DNA from: Carcharhinus longimanus
Taxonomy: Eukaryota
DNA: 64,000 nucleotides
NCBI GenBank assembly: GCA_030264375.1
Contig: JASCQW010000098.1
Span: 55,354,292 to 55,418,291 of the forward strand
Direction: 5' to 3'
The notes under the pieces were generated by a model. The model was given only the letters and a program-made list of their open reading frames with translations. It was not told the origin of the DNA and searched no databases. Positions 12,540 to 23,452 of the stretch are shown piece by piece (position 1 is the first letter of the stretch; each line of letters opens with the position of its first letter). The position numbers and the translations under genes were made by a program.

Positions 12540-12795
12540 TAAGAACATAAGAACATAAGAAATAGGAGCAGGAGTAGGCCATCCAGCCCTTCGAGTCTGC
12601 CCCGCCATTCAATAANNNNNNNNNNNNNNNNNNNNNNNNNNNNNNNNNNNNNNNNNNNNNNNNNNNNNNNNNNNNNNNNNNNNNNNNNNNNNNNNNNNNN
12701 NNNNNNNNNNNNNNNCAGTCTATTTAGTCTCTCTTCATAGTCCAACCCCCTCATCTCCAGTATCAGCCTAGTGAACCTCCTCTGCACTCCCTTCA
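12540..12795 (-). mobile_element. CR1/HER1-like LINE 3' end spanning a 100-N gap
   Basis: (aagaacat)n tail; minus translation GVQRRFTRLILEMRGLDYEERLNRL. Confidence 0.85.
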
Positions 12796-14024
12796 AGGAT
12801 CCATCATAAAGAGTTCTGAGTCACTCTGGGTAAGGATCACTACCTGATGATGAATCACTGGAAACTGGTAATTTTGTCATTGAGAACCCTTGGTAGTCTG
12901 AGTGATCTTGACCTTCTGCTGCAACACTTGATATTTTTATTTTTGCTCCATTAAGTTGCTACGCCAACCTGTTGTTGCTCTGATTTCAATCCGCTACGAT
13001 TCCCGTGGCAGGAGGACTGGGAAAATTCCCCCATAGAGTTTGATGTGGTCCACTGAAATACATACACAAGCTGATTTTTTGCGATGATATGACGATTTTG
13101 ACAATTTTCGTGGTCCATTCTGAAACATATTTCTCAAGACAAAGTCAGTGGCTGGACCTTGTTCTTATGACACATTTGGTCTTGGGCATTTTCTTCGGGG
13201 TGGATTCCTTTTCTTCAATCCTCACTTGTTTTTTACTAATACTGCAATACTAAATTCTATGACTGCAACATAGTTATTTGATGGGTTCGCATATTTTGTG
13301 ATGTTTAACTTGAATCCAGTTTCATGTTTCATTCCTTTTTCCAGAGGATACATTTCTGTTCATTGCTCATCATACAACATCTGTTTTGGGTGGGTGTGCC
13401 TTTAACCCCTGTGTATCCTTTTGACACATTGTCCATATCACCTGCTTGATCTCATGCATTGACTTATTAGGTCAGTAAACATCTATTTCTGAGATGAAAA
13501 GTTGAAGCTGACTCCGAATGCAAGTGTAGTATGCTTTAACAGAAATGTGTGGTTCATTTATATACCAAGTATACAAGTCTGATGTTTGATGCTGAGAAAA
13601 TAGGGTCGCCTAATACACTATGTCTATTTATACGTTGTAAGCTATGATCCTGGGATCTGCAATTCAACTCAAGTTCATGTGCTATTATACTTTCATGGTA
13701 ATTGCTTGTTCACAAATGTTTTAAACAAATCTTTTTTAGATTTGTTTTTACCAAAAAATTAACTGTGTAAGTTGATCTGAAAACAACTGAATTCCATGTG
13801 ATAAGATCGGAATTTATTTTGTGTGCAGGACTGTTTAGACTCAATTGATTTTTCTTTAGATATGCCTGCCCTATTTGAAACTGTTCATCACTGTTTATCA
13901 GGATAATATGAAATGAACATGTTTCAGTGTCAGAATTATAGAAACTTGGGGAGTTTGCCTGACCTTGGGGAGAGTGTGGCCAGAAAATCCCATCCAGTAA
14001 GTTTCTTTAGTACAGTGAATACTG

Positions 14025-14332
14025 TTTTAAGTTTATTTATTGGTGTCACAAGTAGGCTTACATTAACACTGCAATGAAGTTACTGTGAAAATCACCTAGT
14101 CGCCACACTCCAGCACCTGTTCGGGTACACTGAGAGAGAAATTAGCATAGCTAGTGCACCACCCAGCACATCTTTTGGATTGTGGGAGGAAACTGGAGCA
14201 CCTGGAGGAAACCCACGCAGATACAGGGAGAAGGTGCAGACTCCGCACAGACAGTGATCCGAGCTGGGAATTGAATCTTGGTCCCTGGCACTGTGAGGCA
14301 GCAGTGCGAATCACTGTGCCACCGTGTTGCCC
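14025..14332 (-). mobile_element. HE1-like SINE, tail type A, full length
   Basis: Reverse complement of the 12073 and 52515 copies, including tail ttttcacagtaacttcattgcagtgttaatgtaagcctacttgtgacacc. Confidence 0.9.
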
Positions 14333-15868
14333 TTGCTAGTTGGACAGTGTAGCATCCAATTTGTATTTAATAAGATCTCAGAACCTGCAATTGTATGAAT
14401 TGCAGTTGTACCACTTTTTGGGTCTTTTACAGGAATACTAAAATTCAAAAGTAAGTATTAGTCATTCACGTAATTCATGAAATCATATAGTTTTTGTTAT
14501 TCAAGTTATATGGCTTGGTTCACATACCAGAAGCTTGCCCATAGACCGAACTAAACTTTCTTCATGGTTTTTGCTAGGATTAAAACTGGGTCTTTTACAC
14601 TAAAAGCAGTTTGTTCTTTATGATTCAAATGAGTATGATGACTAAAGTAAGGAAGCCAGTATGAAGCAAAAACTTGATGAAAACCACTCTCTCATTGTTC
14701 TTTTCAGGTGGTGGTGAGTGGCTGTTGAATGTTGGCCTGAGCACTCTGGAAATTCTGAGTTATTCAAATAGCATGATGAGATTTTGGGCTGGATTTCCAC
14801 GTCAGATAGGAATAGGGAGGCTTCCTCCTTCCATCGCAATTCTGCTGGGAGGCAAGATTTACCGGTAATCCAGGCTTTAAGTGGTGTGGAGATGGGAATG
14901 GAGGCAGGCTGGCCTCCGTTCCTAAGTAACCTCAGCTCAGTTCTTCCAATGCAATCAGAGGTTGGTTTACATACTGTTGAATCTGCTGACCACTTTAAAA
15001 CCCCCTCTTCTGATTCCATTGCCACTTTCGCTGTTCTCACCCTCTTCACTTGTGTCAGCCCCTCATCCCCATCACCCATTATTCACTTCATGAACAGGAA
15101 CTGAACTCACAGAGCTCTATGATAATAATTGGAAGCTTTTAAATAGCCCATAAAGCTTTCCAAACAGATTTCAGAACTGCTATCTGAACAGATCTCTGCA
15201 CTAAATACATAAAAACAATGGAAGAAGCTTCAACAATTAGGCATTGTTATCATAATAGGCTAAACTTTCATACCTGTAAAATGTACTCTAAAACTGAAAT
15301 CAATAGAAGACTTTTCTGCATTTACAATGTTGATCTTTTACTTGACAACTTGCCAGTTGGCATAAGTAACAGTCGAGCAAATATCCTGCTTGGTGGGTAG
15401 TTACAACTTCCAATAACTATTTACAACTCACCTCAATGAAGACAGATAGAACTCATGATACATTACACAGTGAACTTTAAAGGAAGCAAAATCCTTTTAC
15501 TTGTCTTTAAAGCACAGTGAATGGTTCATGTCTGCAGGTAGTTGGTGTAAAATCCAACAGTTGCTAAAGTCCGCTACCTTCCTGAAAATTAGAAAAAAAG
15601 CACTTCATGGGAGAGGATCTCAGTGGTCCCACAATGCTGCTAACTGCCTTCATAAAAGGATCGTGTCTGTTCTGGGGCCTGCTTACACCCACTCCCGACC
15701 TGCACTTGCAAAAATAGCCAAGGATGGAAATGGAGATGTGATTTGTGGCTGCCACCTCAGTGGTCATTTATTTCTGGACTCACATCCATTTGATCCTAGG
15801 CAAGGCCATGAAAATTAGGCTCCTTCTCCTCAATTTAAACCCTCTCCCCCGATCTGGGCCTGATCTTT

Positions 15869-15872
<4 letters not shown>

Positions 15873-15928
<56 letters not shown>
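15873..15928. repeat. (TG)28 microsatellite
   Basis: Perfect dinucleotide run. Confidence 0.97.
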
Positions 15929-15930
<2 letters not shown>

Positions 15931-16329
15931 GCATCATTGGGCCCAAAGGTGGATGTAAAGTCCACTCCCACCATCACTGGCAGCTGACATTAGTCACACG
16001 CTGGCTGTGAAAGTCTCTCACTGAGAAGGCCAGTGCTGTCAGGGGCAGGAGGAGTGGGAGGTTGGGGTGGAAGTGGGGGATGAAGGATGGGTGTCGGGGG
16101 GGAGGTGCAGGATTGGACCAGGAACAAGGCAGGCTCCTCCATGATGCTAGCATTTTGCAGGAAACCTGGAGGGATGCTGGGAAGACGGAGGGAACAAATT
16201 TGGAACTTTGCACAGGGTCAGGACCCTCTTCACGGACCGTCAATTTCCACAGCACAGGCAGCACCAACCTGTGAGGGGAATTGTGACATAGTGGCCTCAG
16301 GACAAAGCCAAACATGTGGCAATGGAAAT

Positions 16330-16555
16330 GGCCGAACACAAACAGGCCCTGCTTTCTCCAATGAATGTAGGCTATCCTGTATGCAGTCAGTGATTGGCAG
16401 GAGATACTGCTGCCAAGTGATGGCAAGAGCAAACCTCCAGATCTCACCAAGAAAAGTTGGAGAAAGGTGGCAACAATAGTGAGCAGTCATAGGGGCCTGC
16501 ATAAGACCTGGGCTCAGTGTTAGAACAAAGTGGATGACCTCTCCACTCTGCAAGG
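16330..16555 (+). pseudogene. Decayed Myb/SANT-like (trihelix) gene of a PIF/Harbinger transposon
   Basis: GPAFSNECRLSCMQSVIGRR, then after a frameshift KKSWRKVATIVSSHRGLHKTWAQC*NKVDDL, matching the FS..E / W..VA / TW.QC..K..DL trihelix pattern. Confidence 0.65.
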
Positions 16556-17309
16556 ATGAATAAGGAAGCCCATTTGTACCACAAATGAATGGATATGCAA
16601 AGGAGACCTGAGATCAACAAGACTGTTGAGGACTTGGCAAGCACACCTAAAAAGAAAAAGACATGCAATAGGTTCGGCACATGAACCAGTGATATTGGGT
16701 AAGAACGTGTAAACCTCATGTAGAGAAGAGACCATGAATGTGCTCGTTTGCACAGGAGAAGAGAAAGTTTAATGCACTTGAACACAACCAAATCCAACCA
16801 AGGACATTTTAGAGTTGGCATCTGAATAGAGGGAGAGATCTGCTAGTCGAGAAGACACAGGGGATTTTGAGTGGGCTGGGAGTTAAGTGGATACATTTTT
16901 GATATAAATAGAGTGGGCAGGGGCAAGGAGTGCAAGATTACGTTCACTCTGTGCTCTTGCATCAATAGATGTTAGAATTGCACCATGTCTATTTGCAGAA
17001 TACAGCAACTACTTCACTTCTTTAATGTTCATGTATACTCACTGCTGTTTTCCATTCAATAGACAGATCATCGTCCAGAGCAGTACAGGATTCAGATGGC
17101 CCATCATTAACATCAGAGGAGGAGAGTGTCTCAGATGCTGCTGCATCACATCCTCACTCTGTTCCTCAGACCACCTTAGACACTAACATCTTGGTAGGCT
17201 GGAGCATGTCCACACAGGCGGGAGCACATACTGCTGGAAGCATGGTTTTTAAAAACTAACTCATGGGACTTGGTGTCACTGGCTGGCCTATCCCAGTTGT
17301 CCTTTTAAT

Positions 17310-17977
17310 ATTATTTATTAGTCATTAACAATGCAATGAAGTTACTGTGAAATTCCATTATTTGCCATAGTTTGGCGCCTGTTCAGGTCAATGCACCTAA
17401 CCAGCACGTCCTTCAGAATGTGGGAAGAAATTGGAGAACCCGGAGGAAACAAAAGATCGTGAATGTGGCCCAATCCATCACGTAAACCAGCCTCCCATCC
17501 ATTGACTCTGTCTACACTTGTGTTGCCTCGACAAAACAGCCAGTATAATTAAGGACCCCACGCACCCTGGACATTCTCTCTTCCACCTTCTTCCTTCAGG
17601 AAAAAGACACAAAAGTCTGAGGTCACATACCAACTGGCTCAATTACAGCTTCTTCCCTGCTGCCATCAGACTTGTGAATAGATGTACCCTGCATTAAGTT
17701 GATCTTTCTCTATGCCCTAGCTATGACTGTAACACTACATTCTGCACTCTCATTTCCTGCTCTATGAACGGTATGTTTTGTCTGTATAGCACACAAGAAA
17801 CATACTCTTCACTATGTTAATACATGTGACAACAATAAATTAAATCAAATCAAATGAATAAAAACCCACGCAAACATAGGGAGAATGTGCAAACTCCACA
17901 CAACAGTGATCCAAGCTGGGAATTGAAGCCGGGTCCATAGCGCTGTGAGGCAGTAATGCTAACCACTGTGCCACCAT
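17310..17977 (-). mobile_element. HE1-like SINE (tail A) interrupted by a Rex1/Babar-like LINE
   Basis: ...cggaggaaac (17450) resumes as aaaacccacgca (17861). Confidence 0.85.
17449..17858 (+). mobile_element. Rex1/Babar-like LINE 3' fragment
   Basis: Colinear with 26800-27183; ends in aaatcaaatcaaat. Confidence 0.85.
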
Positions 17978-19299
17978 CCCTTAACTACCATCTTGAGGGG
18001 CCAGTTAAGAGTCAACCACATTTCTGTAGATCCGGAGTCATGTGTTAAGCCAGACCAGGTAAGGATGGCAGATTTCCTTCCATAAAGGACATTCGTGAAC
18101 TAACTGGGCTTTTACAACAATTGACAATGGTTTCTTGGTCATCAGAATATTTTTAATTCCAGATTTTTATTGAATTCAAATTTCCGCATTTTCAGTGGCA
18201 AGATTCCAATCCAAGTCCACAGAGTTTTGCCCTAGGTCTCTGGATTACTAATTCGCTATGTCAGCACCTCCCCAATGCATTAGCATGTGTTGGCAATTGA
18301 GCATTCCCAGGATTCTGACAGTCGGAGGACTGGTGAGACCAGAAAGGCGCTGATCTCCAAGCAGATGGTGAGTCCCTCTCAGGCGGCAAATGCTGGTTGT
18401 CCACCAAGAGGTATGGCAATGCTTCCAGGGGCGTGCATTCCCTGGTCTGTACAATGGAGAAGCCCTTGCAGAGCGTGAGTGCCGTCACCTTCTGCTCTGA
18501 ATAAGCAGCATCATACATTGAGAGTTTGGTGACAGCAAGGGAAAGTCAGCACCAGCAGCTCAATGGAGGGATTTTGGCTTAGCATTCAGGACTGCAAGCC
18601 CACGCACAAGCAGTGACCTCAGCAGGACATAGCCTGTGAGAGAGCTGAATGAAGCACCTGGTGTCTCTGCTCTTGCTTGTCCATCTCTGGTGAGATACAA
18701 GCAATCTGAATGTTGGCTATTCCTCTCTTCTGCCAGTGACAGTATCATTTGATGATTCTGTGATGACTGAGCCACAGTGCAGGATTCCCCCACCTACTCA
18801 GGATCTTCACAGCCTTCTGCAACTAAAGGATGGCCACTATCCTCCTCCAGGCCAACGGGACAACTGAGTGAGCAGTCTGTTAGCTGTCAGTGATGGGGGA
18901 ATTTTCAAAATCAGAGTAAACACAGGACGTCAATTGCGGGTGAAATCTTTAAGAACTGTTCCACATCATTTGATGAAATTATTACTTAATACCACGCAAT
19001 CTTGTATGCGAATGCCATTAAGATTGGCGGGCTGCACCTCAATCCCAAAAGGTAATTGAGCAAGATTGCTCCTTCCTGGAGGAAGCAAAGGCCAAAGAGT
19101 ATGTCAGCAGAGGTTCATGAAGTCTGAATGATAATGTCATTGCAACTTTTCATGAATACGGAATGAGGACTTTGAAAGCCTACAACTGTTTCCCTGACTT
19201 CCAAAAGCTGCTCTACAACATGGCCCTATGTCTGTGATAGTTCATCCTCAAATGTTTATAGCATCACAGTCTACCTCCTCCACCTGATCTTCTCTGAGA

Positions 19300-20150
19300 G
19301 AGAGCCAGAGTCCAGCATGCAACAATCAAGGACACTTGATCCAGTGAATATTGAAAAGATCCCTTCAACTGGTCCTGGCAACGGAACCTTAGACCAATTA
19401 TCTGCTCCGTTCTGGCCCTCATGGAGGTATGACTTCTGTTCTATCTGTTTAGCAAAGTTTGAGGGTGTATTATAGGTGTCATCAACCACCTTTTCAGAGG
19501 TTATCCTTTATTCCCCATCAGCCTGTAATCCAACATGTCACGGGACTGAAATGCCATGGAACTTGGGAGTGCTGGTGAATATAAGAGTCATGGCAACTCC
19601 TAAGATATGTTGCATAAACCTGGAGAATCTGCTGATGATCATCATACATTAGCTCGATTCTGAGCGATTCAAAGCCTTCATAATTCACAAAGGCTCCAGT
19701 CTCTCCAATAAGTCATTTGAACTGTAGAATTCCTCCAGTGCAGAAGGAGGCCATTTGCCCCAATGAGTCTGCACCAACTCCAATCCCACCCACGTCCTAG
19801 TCCCATCACCCTACATATTTACCCTACAAATCCCCCTGACACTAAGGGGCAATTTAGCATGGCCAATCAACCTAACACGCACATCTTTGGACTGTGGGAG
19901 GAGACCAGAGCACCTGGAGGAAACCCGTGCAAACATGGGGAGAATGTGCAAACTCCACACAGACAGCAACCCAAGGCTGGAATTGAACCTGGATCCCTGG
20001 CACTGTGAGACAGTAGTGCTAACCACTGTGCCACCATGCCACCCTTGATTGCCACATTGGTGCAATTTGATTGCCACATTGTGCAAGCTATGGCACCATG
20101 AGTCTTTGGGAAGACTGTGATAGCTGCAACTTCTCTGGCAAGCTCTGTCT
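19300..20150 (-). pseudogene. Decayed PIF/Harbinger (HARBI1-like) DDE transposase, interrupted by a SINE
   Basis: Manual minus translation gives AAITVFPKTHGAIACT-VAIK, DDHQQILQVYATYLRSCHDSYI, LMGNKG*PLKRWLMTP and RSHTSMRARTEQIIGL-RFRC, corresponding to Harbinger motifs GAIDCTH, PGSxHD, GDxGYPL and RxxIExxIGxLKxRFRCL. Confidence 0.8.
19724..20044 (-). mobile_element. HE1-like SINE, tail type B (CR1/HER1-like)
   Basis: Same head and body as the other copies; minus-strand tail gggcaaatggcctccttctgcactgg. Confidence 0.9.
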
Positions 20151-20152
20151 GG

Positions 20153-21312
20153 TGTTATGATCCAAGCTGATGCAGATATATTGAACAAGTCAGATCCCAA
20201 AGTGAAACGTGGTTTTATCAATCCTAACTTTGTTTATTTTTGAAACCATGGAGGGAAGTTACTGAACAGTCATAGGAGTCTGCTTAGGAATGTTTTTACA
20301 CAAAAAAATCATTTGTTAAACAAGAAAAATTAAATATATTACACCAGACAAAAATATTAGACATCCCAACAAGAACACAAGAAAATGTTTCATATATTCA
20401 CTATTCCTTCACCCCCAGCTAAATTTTAACAGACATGTACAACTTCAGAAAGCTAAAACAATTTCCCATATCTATCTTATGTACTCCAACAATCAGGGTA
20501 AGTATGCAGTACACATGGATTTACCGGTGAATTGTAGTCAGGCATATCACACTCCCAAATAAATGACAGATGTGACCAAAGCAGATTCTGTGGATTTCTC
20601 AACAACTCACTCAGATACTTGTCACACCTTCAGTTAACCAGTCTCACTGTCTTTCCACCAGGGTTTCCAGCCACCACATTTGAAGAACTTGCCTTAGAAT
20701 TCTATTCAAGTGTTGCTTTCACTCAGATGCTTTGAAAACGGATCCAGCTGCAGAGTTTCAGTCTCACCTTCCAAGATTCCTTTCCCTTGGACATCAGAGT
20801 ACACTCAAACTTCACCTTCCAAGCATAATTTCAGATCTTCAACCATGCCAAGCAGAACACCACTACTCCAATGGGTATGTTTGCCTTTACAGCCCTCAGT
20901 ATGGAGCGACCAACCAATGGCTGTCTTCTCCAATCTTCTAGGCTTTTGTGAAGCCCACTTTGTTTCAAGTCTTGCTCCTTGCAGCTCTCTGTCTTTAATT
21001 GGTGTGCCCACCAATGCAACTGGATGCAATCTCAGACGCAATCATTTCATGGATGGAAGCCACTGTCTTCCTTCAGAAGTGGATCCTTCTGCACTGCAAC
21101 ATTGTCATGTCCAGATCATTGGATCAACTCTGTACACTATAGCAGCAGCACAATGGCACCTGCTCTGGCCTCTTCTCCCTTGCAAGCCTCACTGGTCTTC
21201 AACCGTTTAAAGGTGGGTTGCATGCTGATGTGGGTGGACACTCTGATGATATCTCCAGCCAACTGGCATCTTCACACCCTTGTATGAAGAAGAGCCCTCA
21301 CCTGACATAACA
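20153..21312 (-). mobile_element. Candidate LTR (about 1.16 kb)
   Basis: Bounded by TGTTATG (20153) and CATAACA (21306-12); minus-strand AATAAA at 20233-38; purine-rich aaatggggat precedes the minus-strand start; interrupts the Harbinger transposase. No TSD seen. Confidence 0.55.
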
Positions 21313-22744
21313 ATCCCCATTTGTGGACTACTGAGGTTTAGACTTTATGATACTATGGCCAGTCTCCAAATGCCTGTTTAAGGCCAGAGGCCTCCTTACC
21401 TCAACAAAAAAACCCAACAATATAATTCATGGAGCAAACAAGAAAGTCCAGATTTACACGGTGCATGCTCACTCCTGTGTACACACTCTTTGCTCTATTC
21501 TAGATTTAGAAAGTCTGAAATCTGAATTCCCTGCCCGCCTGTCCAATCTGTGCGGGGAACAGTAAAATACAGGGGCTACAGAAAATTGCCAGGCATTGCT
21601 GTTTAAATTGAATGAGTTGTCCCTTTAGTTGATGTTGGATGGGCTGCCAACATTTAGCCATATCTGCCCATCAAAATATCACAACATGGCAGGATGATAT
21701 GTGTCTGTAAGGATGATGTATGCATGTCCTGAATTGAGGCTTAAACTACCTTTCTGACACTTGGCTACCAACAGATTCAAAAAACTAGAATTTAATGCTG
21801 AAGAGCTGGCCAGAGCCCCATGTCAACTACTTTTGGGAAAATACACTGCATTAATTTTCTTAACTGGGCATTCCCCAAGATCAATGGTGAAAATGAGCTC
21901 CTGCCACACCTGACAACTGCTGGACAATCAGATACCAGCTGCTGAACTTTTTCAGCAGTGCCTCGGAGACTTGGCAGCTTCTGCTAATAATTCCATCTGA
22001 GGCCCAAGATTGCCAAAGGACTCAGACCACAGGTGAGTGATGGTGAGAGTTGACCATGAGGGAGAGGGGATGGGGGTCAGCAGCAAGGGCAGGGGGATCT
22101 CAGCATCTTTTTCTCAAAGCCAGGTCCTTCAATCAGGCACTGAGTGCCTGACAGTGAGGGATCCACTGACTGGAAGGCCAAACCAACCCCGATAGTGTTC
22201 GCTTTTCAGGCTTTCTGCAATGGCAAGCCTCCTACCCATCTCTAGGTCAAAACCAGCTTTGGTGGGCTGAGGCCTCAAAGTGTGCATGAATCGCCAACTT
22301 AAGGGCTTCAATTGGCAGTGGGGCGGGGAGTTCCTCATTCACCATTCTTTCACCCGACATCCCACCGCCAAACTCAGCTCATGGGAAGGCAGTAAAATCC
22401 AGCCATGAGAATCATATAAACAACTAACTTCTGACTACCCAAGAAAAATAGGGAAATTTTGAGGAATTAAAATTTATCATGAGCCATTTTGTCTGTTGGC
22501 ATTGTAACCTCATAGGAAAAGGAGTTGGCAATTCTAATTCATGTCAGTTAACATTTTTCTCAGGAATGATTGAACAGTTTTTTTTATAAATCCCAGTTCT
22601 CAGCCTTTAATCCAAATTCCATTAAACTTATGCTTCCCTATTGAACATCTCAGTTGACTCTGCATCTCTGGCCTCCTGGGGCAGTGTGATCTATATTCTC
22701 TTAACGATTTGTGTGGAAGTTTTTCTGGATTCACCTTTTAGCCT

Positions 22745-22809
22745 GCGGGGCAGGCTCGAGGGGGTAGATGGCCTACTCCTGCTCCTATTTCTTATGTTCT
22801 TATGTTCTA
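22745..22809 (+). mobile_element. CR1/HER1-like extreme 3' tail
   Basis: ggggcaggctcgagggggtagatggcctactcctgctcctatttcttatgttcttatgttct. Confidence 0.85.
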
Positions 22810-23397
22810 GTAGTTCAAATGACCGTGTTTGCTTTCTCTTAGGTTTGCCTGAGTAGAAAACACCTCTTTGCTTTATATCAGAGGTTAATCAGTCCATCAT
22901 TATATCTCAGTTGTTTCATCACAAATACTATCATGGTGAATCACTGTTACATCTTCTTCAAAACCACTATACACTTCTTAAAAGTGGGAATGAAATGTAG
23001 ATGATGAAATGCAGCTTGCTGGCTGGAGAGCTGGCGGGAGACCCATTTGCATGCTTTGGAAAGGTCTAACTAATGAAGTACCTATTAGCCATCAGGGGCA
23101 GAAATCTTTGCCAGCCCAACCCCCATCTCACCAAGTGCTACCTGCCAATCAGAGTACAAGAGCTGGGCATGGCTTGGCAGCACCACTGGGGACGCACAGC
23201 CCAAGGATTGCCAAGTGATTCAAGCGAAGGTGTGTGTTGGGGGAAGTGTGGTGCAGGTCAGTGCAGCCAGCAATAAGTGTCACTTACGGTGGGTGGAGGG
23301 GAGGAAACTCTGAAGATCATCCTTTTCCTGATGTCGGCTCCCTCAATCAGGAAATGATTGCCTGACAATGAAGGAAACTCTCCCCCAACAAACCAGC

Positions 23398-23452
23398 GAC
23401 CCGGATTCAATTCCCAGCTTGGGTCACTGTCTGTGTGGAGTTTGCACAACGT
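23398..23452 (+). mobile_element. HE1-like SINE fragment
   Basis: ggattcaattcccagcttgggtcactgtctgtgtggagtttgcac. Confidence 0.7.

Larger units (their letters stand above)
17245..18270 (-). mobile_element. tRNA-headed SINE (family of 51677-52025), split by nested insertions
   Basis: Tail at 17245-17305 and body at about 17980-18270 (ccagaccaggtaaggatggcagatttcctt) are reverse complements of parts of the 51677 copy. Confidence 0.7.

Noticed and set aside
12800-13450. Possible retroelement coding remnant on the minus strand
   Set aside because: Manual translation of part of the region gave no convincing motif.
15745-15987. Cys/Val- and His/Thr-repeat ORFs
   Set aside because: Translation of the (TG)n microsatellite.
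20046-20086. Repeated ttgattgccacattg as a regulatory repeat or TSD
   Set aside because: Simple tandem duplication within the dead transposase, both copies on the same side of the SINE.
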